Below are positions 7,935 to 16,368 of a stretch of 16,368 bases of DNA, piece after piece (the first letter of the stretch is position 1; each line of letters opens with the position of its first letter). Under the pieces are notes generated by a model. That model saw nothing but the letters and a program-made list of their open reading frames with translations. It searched no databases and had not been told where the DNA came from. Position numbers and translations under genes: made by a program. Origin of the DNA: Candidatus Zixiibacteriota bacterium (GTDB lineage: Bacteria; Zixibacteria; MSB-5A5; WJJR01); NCBI GenBank assembly GCA_036170655.1, contig JAVHPP010000046.1:1-16368 (forward strand), read 5' to 3'.

Positions 7935-9104
7935 TCACACCCCCCGTAAGGCCTGCCGAATATCCCTGCCTATATCATATTTGTCGGCCAGCGACCGCTT
8001 TTGGGCAAGCAAGAAGGACAGGTCTTTTTGGATACCACTCGTGACGCGACCGGCAATTCCTGGCCCCAGCCAGTCTGCCGTCAGACGCACCCTGTCCGCA
8101 AGAATCTGATTGGCGGACGACAGCGCCCGGTGCAAACGTACCGGATCGGGAATTCCGGACATCTCTTTCTGCAACGAATCAACCGGACCGCCCGGCGTGA
8201 TCAGGACATCGAACAACCGGGACCGATCGCTCTCCCATCCCTCTGGCGCCCGGCAAAACAATCGCTCACCCGAAGGTCCAAGGTACTCGACCAATACCTT
8301 ATGCACGGCTTGAAGAGCGTGAGTGTAAAGACGGTAGATCAACTCGTACACCATCTCTTCCTCGCCCTTTCGGCTGGCACGTTCAGCCGCATCAGGACAG
8401 GGCTCAACCAGAGAAGATTTCAGGAGCTTGTGCAGAGACTTCGAGGCCGAATACTCACCATGAGCGGCCGATGAGATGATGTCGGAGACGCTCCGTTCAC
8501 CGTTCACGGCGACTAGCACATCAATGTCTTCTCCGGTGAGAACGATATTGGGTTCTTCCATGCGTGGGGAGGGACTCAAGCGGAGGACAGTCGCCGCGTC
8601 GGGAAGGGAATGGGCGACCTCTGCATATTCGTCGAATCGGCGGGCGCCCTCCATCATCACGTTCAAGGTGTTGAGTTCCACGAGAATCTGACCGGGGTCT
8701 GGCGCCTCCCCATCCAGAAAGCGGAACTCCGCTTCCGGCCAGGCAAAGACACTATAGACAACCTCCTCCACTTGGGCGCGCAGCGAGTCAAGAATGATGG
8801 CCCGGTCAAGGATACCCATTTCGATCAGGACATGTCCGAGCCGCTTGCCGGAGGATCGCTGCTTCTTGAGCGCCTTGTCCAAATCGTCTGCAGTGATCTG
8901 TCCCCGGCGCAGAAGAACCTGCCCAAGCCGTTCTTCGATCGTCGAGGGCTGCGCGGCGGCGGTCACGATGTTTCCGCCACGGAAATAAATCTTCTTCGCG
9001 GCATTTGCACGGAGCAATTGCAAGACACCGGTCTTCTTCCCGGTCGAGATAAGCTGGAGGATATCTCCAAAGGAGACAGTCTTGAGATTTCCGGTGAACC
9101 CCAT
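7935..9104 (-). CDS. DUF4388 (PATAN-like) domain protein with inserted tandem MshEN motif (389 aa)
   Basis: GFTGNLKTVSFGDILQLISTGKKTGVLQL...IYFRGGNIV...VFAWPEAEFRF...LNVMMEGARRFDE is DUF4388-like. The insert is RLGQVLLRRGQITADDLDKALKKQ-RSSGK-RLGHVLIEMGILDRAIILDSLRAQ. Start placed at ATG 9104 (SD GAGGG). Confidence 0.85.
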   Translation of the reverse strand: MGFTGNLKTVSFGDILQLISTGKKTGVLQLLRANAAKKIYFRGGNIVTAAAQPSTIEERLGQVLLRRGQITADDLDKALKKQRSSGKRLGHVLIEMGILDRAIILDSLRAQVEEVVYSVFAWPEAEFRFLDGEAPDPGQILVELNTLNVMMEGARRFDEYAEVAHSLPDAATVLRLSPSPRMEEPNIVLTGEDIDVLVAVNGERSVSDIISSAAHGEYSASKSLHKLLKSSLVEPCPDAAERASRKGEEEMVYELIYRLYTHALQAVHKVLVEYLGPSGERLFCRAPEGWESDRSRLFDVLITPGGPVDSLQKEMSGIPDPVRLHRALSSANQILADRVRLTADWLGPGIAGRVTSGIQKDLSFLLAQKRSLADKYDIGRDIRQALRGV

Positions 9105-9159
9105 GGTCGCCCTCGCGGCGGCGCGCGCGACTCCGCGACTCATTGACCGCCACGTATCT

Positions 9160-9187
9160 TTATCGGGGTCAAGAGAATCGGGCTTTA
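9160..9187 (-). promoter_or_regulatory. Putative sigma-28-like promoter upstream of the DUF4388 gene (TAAA-N16-CCCGATAA)
   Basis: Minus strand reads TAAAGCCCGATTCTCTTGACCCCGATAA in the comEC-DUF4388 gap. Confidence 0.62.
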
Positions 9188-9201
9188 CTCCAATTCGGCG
9201 A

Positions 9202-11514
9202 TCAGGGGGCGGGATCTCTGACAGTTGGCACGATTGTTGTGGATGACGGTCTCCATTCGATCATAACACCGCCATTGAGGGTCGTCGACCAGAATTGAAC
9301 CGATGGGAACTGCGCCCGCCACCGTTCCAGCCACTGCTCCTCGTGTCCCGGCTGTGCATATCCACCAAACAAGATCACGCGTTCGGGAGCCAGCCGCGCA
9401 AGCAGCGTCGCGCCCAAGCGAGACGGCAGGCCGCCGGGGAGCACAATCGTGCGCGCCGAAGCCATCGCCTGTGTCAGCCACTCGGCGCCGGGGGGTGAAG
9501 TCGGATAGTCTCGCAGACAGAAGATTGTGTCGCCATACCACGCGAACTGCTCGCCCCACACACGTGGCGGCTCTTTGGCATCGGTCGAATATGACACAAA
9601 CCGCTTCCAGGATGGAACTGAACTCTCGTGATGCAGCAATATCACATCCGTGGTTGACACACTTGACGAATCCAGCCAACGCCATGGACCAAGGCGGAAT
9701 GGGACATCACTGTAGCCAGATTGGGATCGGGCAAACGGGACCAAGATCCACTCCTGCAAACCCTCATCCAAATCCGGTGAATCGACCAGCCACAATCCCT
9801 GCTCTCGCTGGTGCATATAGGCCGCCACACGGGTAGCACCTGCGTCAAGGTAGGCAAGGGTGATGGGCGGGCGAGATTGTGAATGCAGACTCCAGATCGC
9901 CATAGCGGGAACAAGCGCAACCGAATACCAGGCTACGAGCCTCGCCCAACGATAACGGTGACGCCAGTTTAGCAGCAGGAACACAGCAAGATAGAAGTGG
10001 ATGATAGCGATCCAGGATGGATCAGGCCATGAAAGTCGCGCGCCGGGGAGTCTCGAAAAGAATCCAGCCGTGCCCGAGGTCAGCTCGACGACCCATTGCA
10101 CGGGAATGGCAACCCACCCCGCCAGCGGCCCGGGCACGAATGCAATCACCGCGAGTGTCAACCCACCGTATAATGATGCCGCCGCGAGCGGGATCATGCA
10201 GAGATTGGCGGGCACGGACCATGCCGGCACAGTCCCGAAATGACGCGCGACGATCGGGACAGTCACCAGTGTGGCTGCGGTCGATGTCGCCAGAACGAGT
10301 AACGGGACACGGAGCCATCCGCGTTTCGGCAGCCACTCCCACCTCTGTGCCCGCTGCGTCACCAGCGTGATGCCGATGACCGCCACATAAGAAAGCTGGA
10401 ATCCCGGGCGAAACAGTTGCGACGGTGACACCAGCAGGATGGTCAGGGCAGAAACACCCACCGCGTTGAGAAATTGTACAGGCCGAAACAAGAGACGTCC
10501 AATCAACATGGTTGAAATCATGAGCGAAGCGCGCACCACCGACGGTTCGTTCCGTGTCAGAAAGCTGAACGCAATGACGATCAGTATCAGCACGACCGTC
10601 CGCGGCCATCGCGGTACGCGCATGATCCGCAAGGGCCAGAGCAAGAGCCCGACGACCAGCCAGACATTGGCACCGGAGACGGCAAGCAGATGCATTGTCC
10701 CCGAGTCACGGAAAGCGTTGACAATGCTCTGCGGCAATTGATCGGTGTCGCCCAAGAAAAAACCGAGAATGAGCCCACCGGCCGGTCTGGGAAGGGCGCC
10801 GGCAATGGCGGCACGAATCCACCGGCGAACCGGCTCGACATACCGGTCCAGTGACCAACGCGATCCCGCGTCGGAGAGAGATCTGATGTGTCCTGACGGT
10901 CGCAGGAGTCCATCAATTCCCTGACGGTAGAGATGAGCGGCGTAATCGAAGCCACCGGGATTTCTTTGCACGAAGGGAATCACAATGCGGGCGGGGAACT
11001 GAAGGAGATCCCCAGAGTGGAATTCGCCGGTGCTGAGACGTGTCGTCAGTAGCAGGCGTGCCGTCACCGGAATGTGCCCCCGCTCTGTGCGGATGGCCTC
11101 GAGATCAAAGGGAGCCCGCCATCCGGCTGCCCTCTGCTCCGGCGATCCGGCCAGATGTCCCACGACATCTACCGTTTTGCCCGACTGCATGAGTGTCGCC
11201 AACGCCGGTGAAGGACGGTTGCTATTCTCCAACGTGATCCGCCATGCTCCCAACGCGATGAGCAGGAGACCGGCGAACAACACGGGCCATGCCGTACGGT
11301 CAGCCAGCGATTTCAGCATCACGACGGCTATGATTCCGGTGACGGTGAAAATCGCCCAAGTCGCAATGGGCCAGGCGCCCCAGTCGCCAACCACAATACC
11401 CACTGCGAGAAGGACTGAAGCGAACAGGGCCGGGTGGCGTTGTCCGGCGATGCACACCCAAGACTTTGCGGGATTCTGTCTCTGACTCCCGACGGTCGCG
11501 GTCCAAGTATCCAT
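9202..11514 (-). CDS. comEC: ComEC/Rec2 DNA-uptake channel (DUF4131 OB domain, Competence domain, degenerate MBL-like domain)
   Basis: RNPGGFDYAAHL, FRDSGTMHLLAVSGANV, PSVVRASLM, PGFQLSY and many TM helices. No clear SD, so the exact start is uncertain. Confidence 0.93.
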   Translation of the reverse strand: MDTWTATVGSQRQNPAKSWVCIAGQRHPALFASVLLAVGIVVGDWGAWPIATWAIFTVTGIIAVVMLKSLADRTAWPVLFAGLLLIALGAWRITLENSNRPSPALATLMQSGKTVDVVGHLAGSPEQRAAGWRAPFDLEAIRTERGHIPVTARLLLTTRLSTGEFHSGDLLQFPARIVIPFVQRNPGGFDYAAHLYRQGIDGLLRPSGHIRSLSDAGSRWSLDRYVEPVRRWIRAAIAGALPRPAGGLILGFFLGDTDQLPQSIVNAFRDSGTMHLLAVSGANVWLVVGLLLWPLRIMRVPRWPRTVVLILIVIAFSFLTRNEPSVVRASLMISTMLIGRLLFRPVQFLNAVGVSALTILLVSPSQLFRPGFQLSYVAVIGITLVTQRAQRWEWLPKRGWLRVPLLVLATSTAATLVTVPIVARHFGTVPAWSVPANLCMIPLAAASLYGGLTLAVIAFVPGPLAGWVAIPVQWVVELTSGTAGFFSRLPGARLSWPDPSWIAIIHFYLAVFLLLNWRHRYRWARLVAWYSVALVPAMAIWSLHSQSRPPITLAYLDAGATRVAAYMHQREQGLWLVDSPDLDEGLQEWILVPFARSQSGYSDVPFRLGPWRWLDSSSVSTTDVILLHHESSVPSWKRFVSYSTDAKEPPRVWGEQFAWYGDTIFCLRDYPTSPPGAEWLTQAMASARTIVLPGGLPSRLGATLLARLAPERVILFGGYAQPGHEEQWLERWRAQFPSVQFWSTTLNGGVMIEWRPSSTTIVPTVRDPAP

Positions 11515-11641
11515 GCGGGAGTGTGGAGTGGATCGAGGTCGGAGTTCTGCTACCGGACCTCAGAGAGTGGGTAACGGGAAATGGCTGCCACCATAACAGC
11601 GCAGGGCATGATGCAATCAAACATCGCCATAAGCGACCCCG

Positions 11642-12370
11642 CTATTGAGCAATGGCAAACCGTACGCGCACTTGAGCCACCGTGGTCACCACCGGCGATT
11701 TGAGATCAATGGCCTTTTGACGGACAAGTATGTCCTCATTGGGTGCTGATGCGTTCAAGGGTAGCGCTGACGGAAGAGGCGACCATGGGGCTGGCTGGGG
11801 CGGCGGGGTCGTTTCTTCGCATCCCGTCAGGGCGCCAAGCTTGACACCACCCTCTGCGGCCAACGCCTCCGCTTTGAATCGGGCATCGGCCAGGGCGCGC
11901 TTCAAAGCGCTCTCATATTCAGTCTGCGGGTCGCTCACTTCAAACCGAAACCGGACCGAAGCGGCATCCAACATTGTGGCCCGGTCCATCATGTCGATCG
12001 CCGCAGAAAAATCATTGAGACGCACCACCAGCGTCGTCGCGGCCAAGAAGATGGTCTTCTTTGGTTCCTCCGGCAGCGGACGACGGTAGGCCTGCTGGCT
12101 GCGGACCCAATCGTCGGGCTTGATGCCAAAACGGCGAAAGTCCGCGATGAGTCCCTCGGTCTTGCCGACGGTGCGTGCCCGAGCATCTTCGGCGGTCGAC
12201 CCCGAACCGAGCACGGTCATCTCGAGCACGAGAATCGTGGCCGGTGTGTTCAAGACCACCGTACCGGTGGTCACAATTTCGTGCTCCGGATTCTGTGCCC
12301 ATGCCGCACTCACCAAACCAAGCACGAGAAGGACTGACATAACAAAACGGAAAGATCGGAATACGCTCAT
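11642..12370 (-). CDS. SIMPL (DUF541/BP26/YggE-like) exported protein (242 aa)
   Basis: Signal peptide (LGLVSAAWA), IVTTGTVVL, ALKRALADARFKAEALAAEGGVKLGAL, C-terminal VRVRFAI. ATG at 12370 overlaps the murJ stop (ATGA). Confidence 0.85.
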   Translation of the reverse strand: MSVFRSFRFVMSVLLVLGLVSAAWAQNPEHEIVTTGTVVLNTPATILVLEMTVLGSGSTAEDARARTVGKTEGLIADFRRFGIKPDDWVRSQQAYRRPLPEEPKKTIFLAATTLVVRLNDFSAAIDMMDRATMLDAASVRFRFEVSDPQTEYESALKRALADARFKAEALAAEGGVKLGALTGCEETTPPPQPAPWSPLPSALPLNASAPNEDILVRQKAIDLKSPVVTTVAQVRVRFAIAQ

Positions 12371-13974
12371 TGGTCCCCCCTGTTTTTCTGGTGGCCACGG
12401 AAGTTCAGAAACGCAGGCCATTCACTCTTCATCCTTACACCGCCAAGCTGGCGATATCCCAATAGCCAAGTTATCCCGAGATAGAGAAATCCAGCAACCA
12501 AAATCGCCAGCGCAACGCCCCCCACACGCCACCAGCCAGAGGTCATGTGCCCCATGGAATTCCAGACCACCCATCCCAGTCCAATCGAACCAACAGAAAC
12601 ACATGCCACCAGACCGAAGTGGCGGATCAGACGAGTCAGACCGAGCGGGCCGTAGCGCCGCTGGGCGATGATCCAGAGCGCCGCCACTTGGACCCACGCC
12701 GCGCACGACACCGAGAGCGCCAGCCCGCCATACCCCATGGGGCGCACGAGCAGTGACATGCCGATCAGATTGAACACGACGGCGAGGATGCCACACATGG
12801 CGGGTGTCCTGGTGTCGTGGTGTGCATAGAACAGGGGCGTGGTCACACGGATGGCCCCCATCGCCGGCAGGCCGGCGGCATAGAACATCAACGCACGTGC
12901 GGTGTGGGCGCTGGCAACAGCATCGAAACGACCGCGTTGGAACAACGCCGCACAGAGCGGCTCTCCCAGAATGATGAACATGACTGCGGTCGGGATCACG
13001 AAGTAGCTGACAGTCTGAAGCGCTTGCGCAAATGTTCGCTGTACCTGTTGTGTTTCTCCTGCGGCCACGAGTTGCGACAGACGCGGCAGCCCCACTGTGG
13101 CGGCGGCGACGGCGAACACACCCAGCGGCAGGAAGATCACGAGGTAGGCATAATTGAGGTAGGCCACCGGGCCATCGCCGAGCGACCAGGCAAAACGGGT
13201 GATTGAGAAAATGTTAATCTGCACAGCCGCTGTGCCCACCAGCGAAGGCAGAATCAGCGCAGCAATATGGCGGACATTGGGGTCACGCCATCCCAAAGCG
13301 GGGGCATGGCGGAATCCGAGACGGTGAAGTGAGACGGCTTGGAATGCCCATTGCAGGATGCCCCCGAGGACTACTCCCCAAGCCAACCCAATGATCTTCG
13401 GGTCGGTCCAGAATGACAGGAGGGTGGCACCAATGATGACACCGACGTTGAACCCGGCCGGGGCCAGCGCGGGGATTCCAAATCTTCCCAGCGAATTCAG
13501 CGCTCCCATCATGACTGAGGCAACTGACACCAAGAGCAGGAAGGGAAACATCCACCGGGCCATCCGGATCAGAAGCTCAATCTTGCCCGGCGAGGACTCC
13601 ACGCCGCCGGACATTAAAGACGCGATCTGCGGCGTGAAGAGAATCCCCAGTCCACATACGACCAGCAGCACGGGGACAAAGACGCCGAGAACCCGATTGA
13701 GCAACTCAAAGGCAGCCCGCTTTCCATCTTTTTCGAGGACGCGTGAGAACGTGGGGACAAAGGCGGCGGAGAAGGCCCCCTCGGCAAACAAGTCTCTGAG
13801 CAGGTTGGGGATACGAAAGGCGGCGACATAAGCATCCGTCATGGCGCCAGCCCCGAAATAGTAGGCGATGACCTGCTCTCGCATCAGGCCAACCACACGG
13901 GAGAGCATGGTGGCGATCACCACCGTGCGCGTCTGACGGGCGAATCGGGCGGTAGCGGGAGCCTCTTTTGTCAT
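12367..13974 (-). CDS. murJ: Lipid II flippase MurJ (MviN)
   Basis: TMLSRVVGLMRE, DAYVAAFRIPNLLRDLFAEGAFSAAFVP, LPLGVFAVA, LFQRGRFD, FYAHHDTRTP; polytopic membrane protein. Confidence 0.96.
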   Translation of the reverse strand: MTKEAPATARFARQTRTVVIATMLSRVVGLMREQVIAYYFGAGAMTDAYVAAFRIPNLLRDLFAEGAFSAAFVPTFSRVLEKDGKRAAFELLNRVLGVFVPVLLVVCGLGILFTPQIASLMSGGVESSPGKIELLIRMARWMFPFLLLVSVASVMMGALNSLGRFGIPALAPAGFNVGVIIGATLLSFWTDPKIIGLAWGVVLGGILQWAFQAVSLHRLGFRHAPALGWRDPNVRHIAALILPSLVGTAAVQINIFSITRFAWSLGDGPVAYLNYAYLVIFLPLGVFAVAAATVGLPRLSQLVAAGETQQVQRTFAQALQTVSYFVIPTAVMFIILGEPLCAALFQRGRFDAVASAHTARALMFYAAGLPAMGAIRVTTPLFYAHHDTRTPAMCGILAVVFNLIGMSLLVRPMGYGGLALSVSCAAWVQVAALWIIAQRRYGPLGLTRLIRHFGLVACVSVGSIGLGWVVWNSMGHMTSGWWRVGGVALAILVAGFLYLGITWLLGYRQLGGVRMKSEWPAFLNFRGHQKNRGDQ

Positions 13975-14002
13975 TGCACGTTTTCGGGGTATCTGCTATA
14001 AT
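13974..14002 (+). promoter_or_regulatory. Sigma-70 promoter for rpsT (TTGCAC-N17-TATAAT with extended -10 TG)
   Basis: TTGCAC at 13974-13979, 17-nt spacer ending in TGC, perfect TATAAT at 13997-14002. Confidence 0.8.
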
Positions 14003-14012
14003 TGGATGTTGT

Positions 14013-14041
14013 AGGATAACCCCGGCTTGGACCGGGGCCAA
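14013..14041 (-). promoter_or_regulatory. Possible sigma-70 promoter for murJ (TTGGCC-N17-TATCCT)
   Basis: Minus-strand TTGGCC (14041-14036) and TATCCT (14018-14013) with a 17-nt spacer; each box matches consensus at 4/6. Confidence 0.4.
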
Positions 14042-14077
14042 TGGTTTTTGATCTGAGAACGAAGAGAGGGAATCACC

Positions 14078-14344
14078 GTGGCTGAACACTTATCTGTCAA
14101 GAAGCGTAACCGCCAGAGCATCGCGCACAACCGCCGCAACCGCGCGGCCAAATCGAAGATTCGGACCACCACGAAGCTGTTTGACAGCGCCGAACCAGCC
14201 AACAAAGAAACCAGCTACCGCACGTTGTCGTCTCTCTTGGACCGTGCCGCCACCAAGCGGGTCATTCACCCCAACAAGGCCGCACGGACCAAGTCGCGTC
14301 TGGCAAAACGGATGAAAAAGGTAACGGTGACCACTCAAGGATAG
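14078..14344 (+). CDS. rpsT: 30S ribosomal protein S20
   Basis: MAEHLSVKKRNRQS...RNRAAKSKIRT...LDRAATKRVIHPNKAARTKSRL; GTG start with SD GAGGG. Confidence 0.97.
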   Translation: MAEHLSVKKRNRQSIAHNRRNRAAKSKIRTTTKLFDSAEPANKETSYRTLSSLLDRAATKRVIHPNKAARTKSRLAKRMKKVTVTTQG

Positions 14345-14388
14345 GTTGCAACAGTCGGGCCTCAGCCCATCGGGTGGACAGGTTTACA

Positions 14389-14422
14389 GGAGTGTCGCTG
14401 GTATGGCGGCGCTCCTTTTTTT
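14389..14422 (+). terminator. Rho-independent terminator of rpsT
   Basis: 10-bp stem GGAGTGTCGC / GCGGCGCTCC (two G-U pairs), 7-nt loop, followed by T7. Confidence 0.85.
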
Positions 14423-14473
14423 GTCCTGAAACGCGACGGGTGGGACGCGGCGCCAGTGAACGAATATCCTGGC

Positions 14474-15667
14474 CTACCAAACCAAATGCCGTGCCAGGCG
14501 TAGCAGCGACGGGCGGTGGCGCAGGGCGGTCTTGATGACATCGATGGGATCGATGGCGGTAACCGTCTGGCCGTTGTAGATCGTGGCCAGAAATCCAATG
14601 ACATCATCATATTCGGTGTTGGACATACGCAGCATGATGTTGCGCGTCCAAAGAAAGTAACGCATCTGGCGACCGCGCGCCGCCATCCACCGGGATGGGT
14701 ACTGGCGCAGAATGGTGAGGTCGCGGTGGCCGTCACGCAGGCAGGCGACAGCCGCTTCGGCGGCGAGGCGGCCCGACCAGAGGGCGTTGGCGATACCGGC
14801 GCCGGTCACCGAGTCGACCAGACGGGCCGCATCGCCCGTCACCATGACGTTGCCCCTGAGCATGAGCTTGCGTCCGCAAAACTCCGGAATTCCTCCCACG
14901 CTGCGCCGCAGCGGCTTGGGACCGGGTCCCTTGAAACGAAACTGGATAAACTCACCCAGCATGGTCATCGCCTTGCGGCCATGAGCAACGGCGGGCGCGA
15001 GCGCCAGCCCGACATTGGCAGCGCCGTTTCCCTTGGGGAAGACCCACGCGTATCCCCCGGGGGCGAAACGATCATCGAAGTAGAACTCCATCCGCGACGG
15101 GTCAAGTTCGGGGACATCCCCTAATAGGAATTGCGCCGCAGAGTCGACGCGATTGAGCGGCAACACCGTGTCCAGTCCCGCCCACCGAGCCACCATGGAT
15201 TCGATACCGTCGGCGGCAATGATGATGTCGCAGCCGACGTCATAAGTCGTGCCGTTTTCGCGCAGACGAATTCCCGCAAAGCGTTCGCTGTCATTGGGAA
15301 TCAGGCCGACCGCCTCTGTGCTTGTGCGCACCTGTGCGCCATATCCAGCCGCCATGTCGGCCAACCCCTGCTCAAAACGGCGGCGGGAGAGGACAAAACC
15401 GGCGTCTGGATGGTGCAATTCGAGTTCCATCCCACCGGGCGAACGCAGATAGCAGCGTTCGATCCCGGCCGCGACCCAGTCACGGTTGAGTTCGATGTTA
15501 TCAGTCAGACCACAGAGGGAAATCCCTTCTGCGCAGCAGAGCGGTTCGCCAATAACTGCATGTTTCTCGATCAGCAGCGTCCGGCAACCCGCACGCGCCG
15601 CGGTCAGAGCCGCCAACCCACCAGCCGGGCCTGCTCCGACGACGACAATGTCAAACTCCTGGTCCAT
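14474..15667 (-). CDS. Geranylgeranyl reductase-family FAD oxidoreductase (DGGGPL reductase-like, 397 aa)
   Basis: DIVVVGAGPAG, PLCCAEGIS, IIAADGIESMVAR, APGGYAWVFPKG (PxxYxWxFP), GDAARLVDSVTGAGIANA. Confidence 0.88.
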   Translation of the reverse strand: MDQEFDIVVVGAGPAGGLAALTAARAGCRTLLIEKHAVIGEPLCCAEGISLCGLTDNIELNRDWVAAGIERCYLRSPGGMELELHHPDAGFVLSRRRFEQGLADMAAGYGAQVRTSTEAVGLIPNDSERFAGIRLRENGTTYDVGCDIIIAADGIESMVARWAGLDTVLPLNRVDSAAQFLLGDVPELDPSRMEFYFDDRFAPGGYAWVFPKGNGAANVGLALAPAVAHGRKAMTMLGEFIQFRFKGPGPKPLRRSVGGIPEFCGRKLMLRGNVMVTGDAARLVDSVTGAGIANALWSGRLAAEAAVACLRDGHRDLTILRQYPSRWMAARGRQMRYFLWTRNIMLRMSNTEYDDVIGFLATIYNGQTVTAIDPIDVIKTALRHRPSLLRLARHLVW

Positions 15668-15713
15668 TGTTCATGCCGGAAACTGAATTCGTCCGATGCG
15701 GACCAGGTCAGGA

Positions 15714-15917
15714 TCACCCAATCGACAAGGCGCTGGTCGGACAGGCAATGACACACACATCACAGAGCACGCATTCATCGTGGAGAATCTCAAGAACGGT
15801 GGGGCGGAGTACCAGGGCATCATAGGGACAGACCGCGACACAGAGCCCACATTCGGCGCACGCTTTGACATCCAATGTCAACTTTGTCTCGCGCACGGTT
15901 GCACCCGAACCGGTCAT
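15714..15917 (-). CDS. 2x[4Fe-4S] ferredoxin
   Basis: CAECGLCVAVCP and CVLCDVCVIACP; directly upstream of the reductase. The start could instead be GTG at 15896. Confidence 0.9.
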   Translation of the reverse strand: MTGSGATVRETKLTLDVKACAECGLCVAVCPYDALVLRPTVLEILHDECVLCDVCVIACPTSALSIG

Positions 15918-15975
15918 AGGAAATGTCGATCAAGATGTTTGAGGGGTATTTAAGCGAATAAAGAGCACGTGACGG

Positions 15976-16368
15976 TTAGAGTGAGTCGACATGCATGGAT
16001 TTGAAGCGGTCACGGTTGATGAACACCAGACGGCCACGCCCGGGCTCGAAGCGGACTTCGGGAAAGGCCGCACCCCACTTCGACGGCGTCTCCTCTTCGG
16101 TATGGACAACCTGTCCGCTGCGATCGTAGATTACGCACCGGGAGCGCACATGACGTTCGAGGCTTTCCGGCCCCGGATCGTAGTCCAGACCAAGGGCAAC
16201 CAGACGGGCGCCGTCGAGAACATCGACCGTGCGGATGTTCCATGTCGTGTCGGGAACGGCAACATCCCAGAGCGTGGCGACCGTGTCTGTTTGAATGAGA
16301 ATCGCGTGCCGTGCAGTTGCGGCGCAAGCGTGCTGTCCGTCGGGCGAGACTGACATGGCACGTATGGG
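15976..16368 (-). CDS. Hypothetical protein, C-terminal part (possibly beta-propeller-like)
   Basis: The frame stays open to the window edge (PIRAMSVSPDGQHACAA...). The SVSPDG motif and beta-rich pattern suggest a propeller. Confidence 0.55.
   Translation of the reverse strand, partial: PIRAMSVSPDGQHACAATARHAILIQTDTVATLWDVAVPDTTWNIRTVDVLDGARLVALGLDYDPGPESLERHVRSRCVIYDRSGQVVHTEEETPSKWGAAFPEVRFEPGRGRLVFINRDRFKSMHVDSL

Noticed and set aside
11515..11641. Weak sigma-70-like promoter upstream of comEC (TGtTATGGT)
   Set aside because: The -35 spacing is off (15 or 19 nt); too weak to support.
1..16368. CRISPR arrays, tRNA/rRNA genes, transposases, tandem repeats; firm taxonomic assignment
   Set aside because: No such elements were seen by eye. 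Gene content is compatible with an FCB-group or deltaproteobacteria-like organism, but this needs a phylogeny (e.g. of rpsT or murJ).

Overview
GC-rich bacterial chromosomal window, almost entirely coded on the minus strand. The left 9 kb is a type IV pilus motor and polarity cluster. In transcription order it reads: DUF4388/PATAN protein with an intact tandem MshEN (c-di-GMP-binding) motif, small membrane protein, TPR+roadblock fusion, multi-TM+roadblock fusion, stand-alone roadblock, MglA GTPase with a ~120-aa C-terminal extension ending in a MinD-like amphipathic helix, MglB, PilB, PilT, PilC (truncated by the window edge). Three intergenic regions of this cluster share a sigma-28/FliA-like promoter motif with identical spacing. 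Further right are comEC (degenerate C-terminal metallo-beta-lactamase domain), a SIMPL-domain protein, murJ, the divergent rpsT (clear sigma-70 promoter and terminator), a ferredoxin plus archaeal-type geranylgeranyl reductase pair, and a partial ORF. All family calls come from motif recognition by eye; no database searches were run.
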